The position numbers and the translations under genes are program-made. The notes under the pieces are model-generated. The model saw only the letters and a program-made list of their open reading frames with translations, did no database searches and was not told the DNA's origin. DNA of 63,882 nt, the filler included, from Vicugna vicugna (Eukaryota), in the NCBI GenBank assembly GCA_013265495.1. It is 76 parts of 74 records of this genome, joined end to end, with 100 filler letters (N's around TTAATTAATTAA, not from the genome) between each part and the next. Parts side by side here need not be neighbours in the genome. Positions count along the whole stretch, not along the records: positions 60,953 to 61,822 come from MU060669.1; positions 61,923 to 62,636 come from PNXW01015417.1; positions 62,737 to 63,590 come from MU060675.1; positions 63,691 to 63,882 come from MU060678.1; 72 more parts are not named here. One strand, given 5' to 3'. Shown piece after piece: positions 60,953 to 63,882 of this stretch. Each line of letters starts with the position of its first letter. Position 1 is the stretch's first letter.

Positions 60953-61822
60953 GAAAGTTCACTAATCCACATGCTCACTACTCAGAAACTCATGTTTGCC
61001 GAATCCGTCATGTGTGTAGCATTATCGGAATCTGGAATTCCCTGTTGATGGAATGCATTATATTACATATCTGTTAGGTGGAAATCGCTCCAGAAGTATT
61101 TTTCTGTGAAAAATGCACGAATTCTAAACTGGTGTTAGGGAAANNNNNNNNNNNNNNNNNNNNNNNNNNNNNNNNNNNNNNNNNNNNNNNNNNNNNNNNN
61201 NNNNNNNNNNNNNNNNNNNNNNNNNNNNNNNNNNNNNNNNNNNNNNNNNNNNNNNNNNNNNNNNNNNNNNNNNNNNNNNNNNNNNNNNNNNNNNNNNNNN
61301 NNNNNNNNNNNNNNNNNNNNNNNNNNNNNNNNNNNNNNNNNNNNNNNNNNNNNNNNNNNNNNNNNNNNNNNNNNNNNNNNNNNNNNNNNNNNNNNNNNNN
61401 NNNNNNNNNNNNNNNNNNNNNNTTAAGTGCATAGGTAACTTGTAATGATTGAAACATCAGTCATGAGCATATTCACAACTCAGAAATGCATGTTTGAGGA
61501 ATCGGTATTGCATGAAACATGTTCGGAATATGGAATGCCATGGTTATGTAAACAATGTAAATTACATGTGTATTGGTGGGAATTCGCTCAAAGAGGCTTT
61601 TCTAGTGCCAAATGTCCGATTTTAGCACCTGGTGACAGAAAAACTCTATGAAGACAGAGTCAAAATTTCTAAGTGTATATATGCCTTGTTTGGTGGATGA
61701 AAGGTCAGTAATCCACATGCTGAGATTTCAGAAACCCATGTTTGCCGAATCTGTCATGCATGTAGCATGTACGGAAACCGGATTGCCATGTTGATGGAAT
61801 TCATGTAAATTACATATCTGTT
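60953..61822 (+). repeat. AT-rich ~740-bp satellite (gapped)
   Basis: Same subunit motifs and order. Confidence 0.92.
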
Positions 61823-61922
61823 NNNNNNNNNNNNNNNNNNNNNNNNNNNNNNNNNNNNNNNNNNNNTTAATTAATTAANNNNNNNNNNNNNNNNNNNNNN
61901 NNNNNNNNNNNNNNNNNNNNNN

Positions 61923-62636
61923 AATGCTTAAGCTCGTCTCCCCTGAGGCTTTCCCTAATGTCTCTGAACCAGGGAATGCTCGTGGTGATTGCAGGGTATC
62001 CCAGTTTCAGAGGCTGACTCCCCAAAGTCAGGGAAGATATTTCTCGGACTTAAACGAAGAGGGAACACCTGTGACTAAAGAGAGCTGCGTGGAGTTGTCT
62101 CTCGAGCTCCCCCACGCAATGACAATGGTTCCGGAATCCTGAGCGTGGGGAGGTTCCACCAACCGTCGGCAGCGCGTGGGTTCTAATGGAATGCATAAGC
62201 TCATCTCCCCTGAGGCTTTTTCTAATGTCTCTGTGTCACGGAATGCTACGGGTGATTGCAGAATATCCCAGTGTCATAGACTGCCTCCGCAAGGTCAGGG
62301 AAGGTATTTTTCTGACTTCCGCTTACAGGGAACACCTGTGAGTGAAGAGAGCTGCGTGGAGTTTTCTCTCGAGCTCCCCCACGCACTGACAATGATTCCG
62401 GAATCCTGAGCGTGGGGAGGTTCCACCAACGGTCGGCAGCGCGTGGGTTCTAACGCAATGCCTAAGCTCGTCTACCCCGAGGGATTTCCTAATTTCTCTG
62501 GGCCAGGAAATGCTAGGGGTGATTGCAGGATATCCCAGTGTCAGTGGCTGCCTCCCCAAGGTCAGGGAAAGTATTTCTCAGACTTCAGCGTACAGGGAAA
62601 ACCAGTGACTGAAGAGAGCTGCGTGGAGTTGTCTCT
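61923..62636 (-). repeat. 267-bp satellite array
   Basis: About 2.7 monomers. Confidence 0.95.
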
Positions 62637-62736
62637 NNNNNNNNNNNNNNNNNNNNNNNNNNNNNNNNNNNNNNNNNNNNTTAATTAATTAANNNNNNNN
62701 NNNNNNNNNNNNNNNNNNNNNNNNNNNNNNNNNNNN

Positions 62737-63124
62737 TAAGCCAGAAAGAGAAAGAAAAATACCATATGAGTTCGCTCATATCTGGAATTTAAAAAACAAA
62801 AACAAACAAACAAACAAAAAGAAAGCATAAATACAGGACAGAAATGGACTCATGGACAGAGAATACAGACTTGTGGTTACTGGGGTGGGGAGCGGGGTAG
62901 AGGGTGGGAAGGGAAAGACTGGGATTTCAAAATTGTAGAACAGATAAACAAGATTACACTGTATAGCACAGGGAAATATTCACAAAAGTTTATGATAAAT
63001 CACAGAGAAAAAATGTGACAATGAGTGTGTATATATCCATGTATGACTGTAAAATTGTACTGAACACTGGAATTTGACACAACACTGTAAAATGATTATG
63101 AATCAATAAAAATGTTAAAAAAAA
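62737..63124 (+). mobile_element. Lineage-specific L1 3' UTR with polyA tail
   Basis: Homologous to 47969-48341; ends AATAAAAATGTTAAAAAAAA. Confidence 0.92.
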
Positions 63125-63290
63125 NNNNNNNNNNNNNNNNNNNNNNNNNNNNNNNNNNNNNNNNNNNNNNNNNNNNNNNNNNNNNNNNNNNNNNNNNNNN
63201 NNNNNNNNNNNNNNNNNNNNNNNNNNNNNNNNNNNNNNNNNNNNNNNNNNNNNNNNNNNNNNNNNNNNNNNNNNNNNNNNNNNNNNNNNN

Positions 63291-63590
63291 GAATTTAGAA
63301 TATAGAATGTAGAACACAAAATATAGAACATAGATTAGAGAATATAGAATCCAGAATTTAGAACATGGAATGCAGAACACAGAATTTAGATTATAGAATA
63401 CATAATAATGAATATAGAATTTAGAACATTGAATGCAGAACTCAGAATTTAGACTATAGAATACAGTATACTGCACATAGAATTTAGAATATAGAATGTA
63501 GAACACAGGAAGTAGAATATAGAATACAGAATTTAGAAAATGAATTTCAGAACACTGAATTTAGAAAATAGAATACAGAATACTGAATAT
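63291..63590 (-). repeat. Degenerate heptamer satellite, scaffolded to the L1 tail
   Basis: TAGAATA-type 7-mers; there is no stop-linker between this contig and the L1. Confidence 0.92.
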
Positions 63591-63690
63591 NNNNNNNNNN
63601 NNNNNNNNNNNNNNNNNNNNNNNNNNNNNNNNNNTTAATTAATTAANNNNNNNNNNNNNNNNNNNNNNNNNNNNNNNNNNNNNNNNNNNN

Positions 63691-63850
63691 ACACACTCAT
63701 TGTCACATTTTTTTCTCTGTGATTTATCATAACATTTTGTGTATATTTCCCTGTGCTATACAGTGTAATCTTGTTTATCTGTTCTACAATTTTGAAATCC
63801 CAGTCTATCCCTTCCCACCCTCTACCCCACACCCCTTTTGTTACCAAGTC
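63691..63850 (-). mobile_element. 5'-truncated L1 3' UTR fragment
   Basis: Reverse complement matches 62875-63030. Confidence 0.88.
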
Positions 63851-63882
63851 CAAATTCATTCTCCTCAGTGCAGGACAGGCCA

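Overview
This window is not a contiguous locus. It is an artificial concatenation of about 76 short unplaced scaffolds (0.07-1.8 kb, many with internal N gaps), joined by about 75 identical 100-bp spacers (N44-TTAATTAATTAA-N44, a six-frame stop linker). The DNA is mammalian and most likely camelid, judged from a vic-1-type SINE 3' end and artiodactyl-type L1 pieces. About 41 scaffolds are satellite DNA in six classes: a GC-rich 267-bp satellite (17 scaffolds), a diverged 255-267-bp relative (3), a 249-bp satellite (3), an AT-rich ~740-bp trimer of ~247-bp subunits (10), a degenerate (TATTCTA)n heptamer (6) and a 16-bp GC-rich repeat (2). The rest are L1/L2/MIR/LTR fragments, two orphan promoter-like CpG-rich pieces, and one plant (grass-like) 18S rRNA fragment that looks like contamination. 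No intact protein-coding gene is supportable; the long ORFs are artefacts of N-runs or tandem repeats. I found no new gene-based system. The most interesting signals are structural: the four ~250-267-bp satellite classes align collinearly and seem to share one ancestral monomer, and higher-order repeat organisation is visible in three satellite classes.
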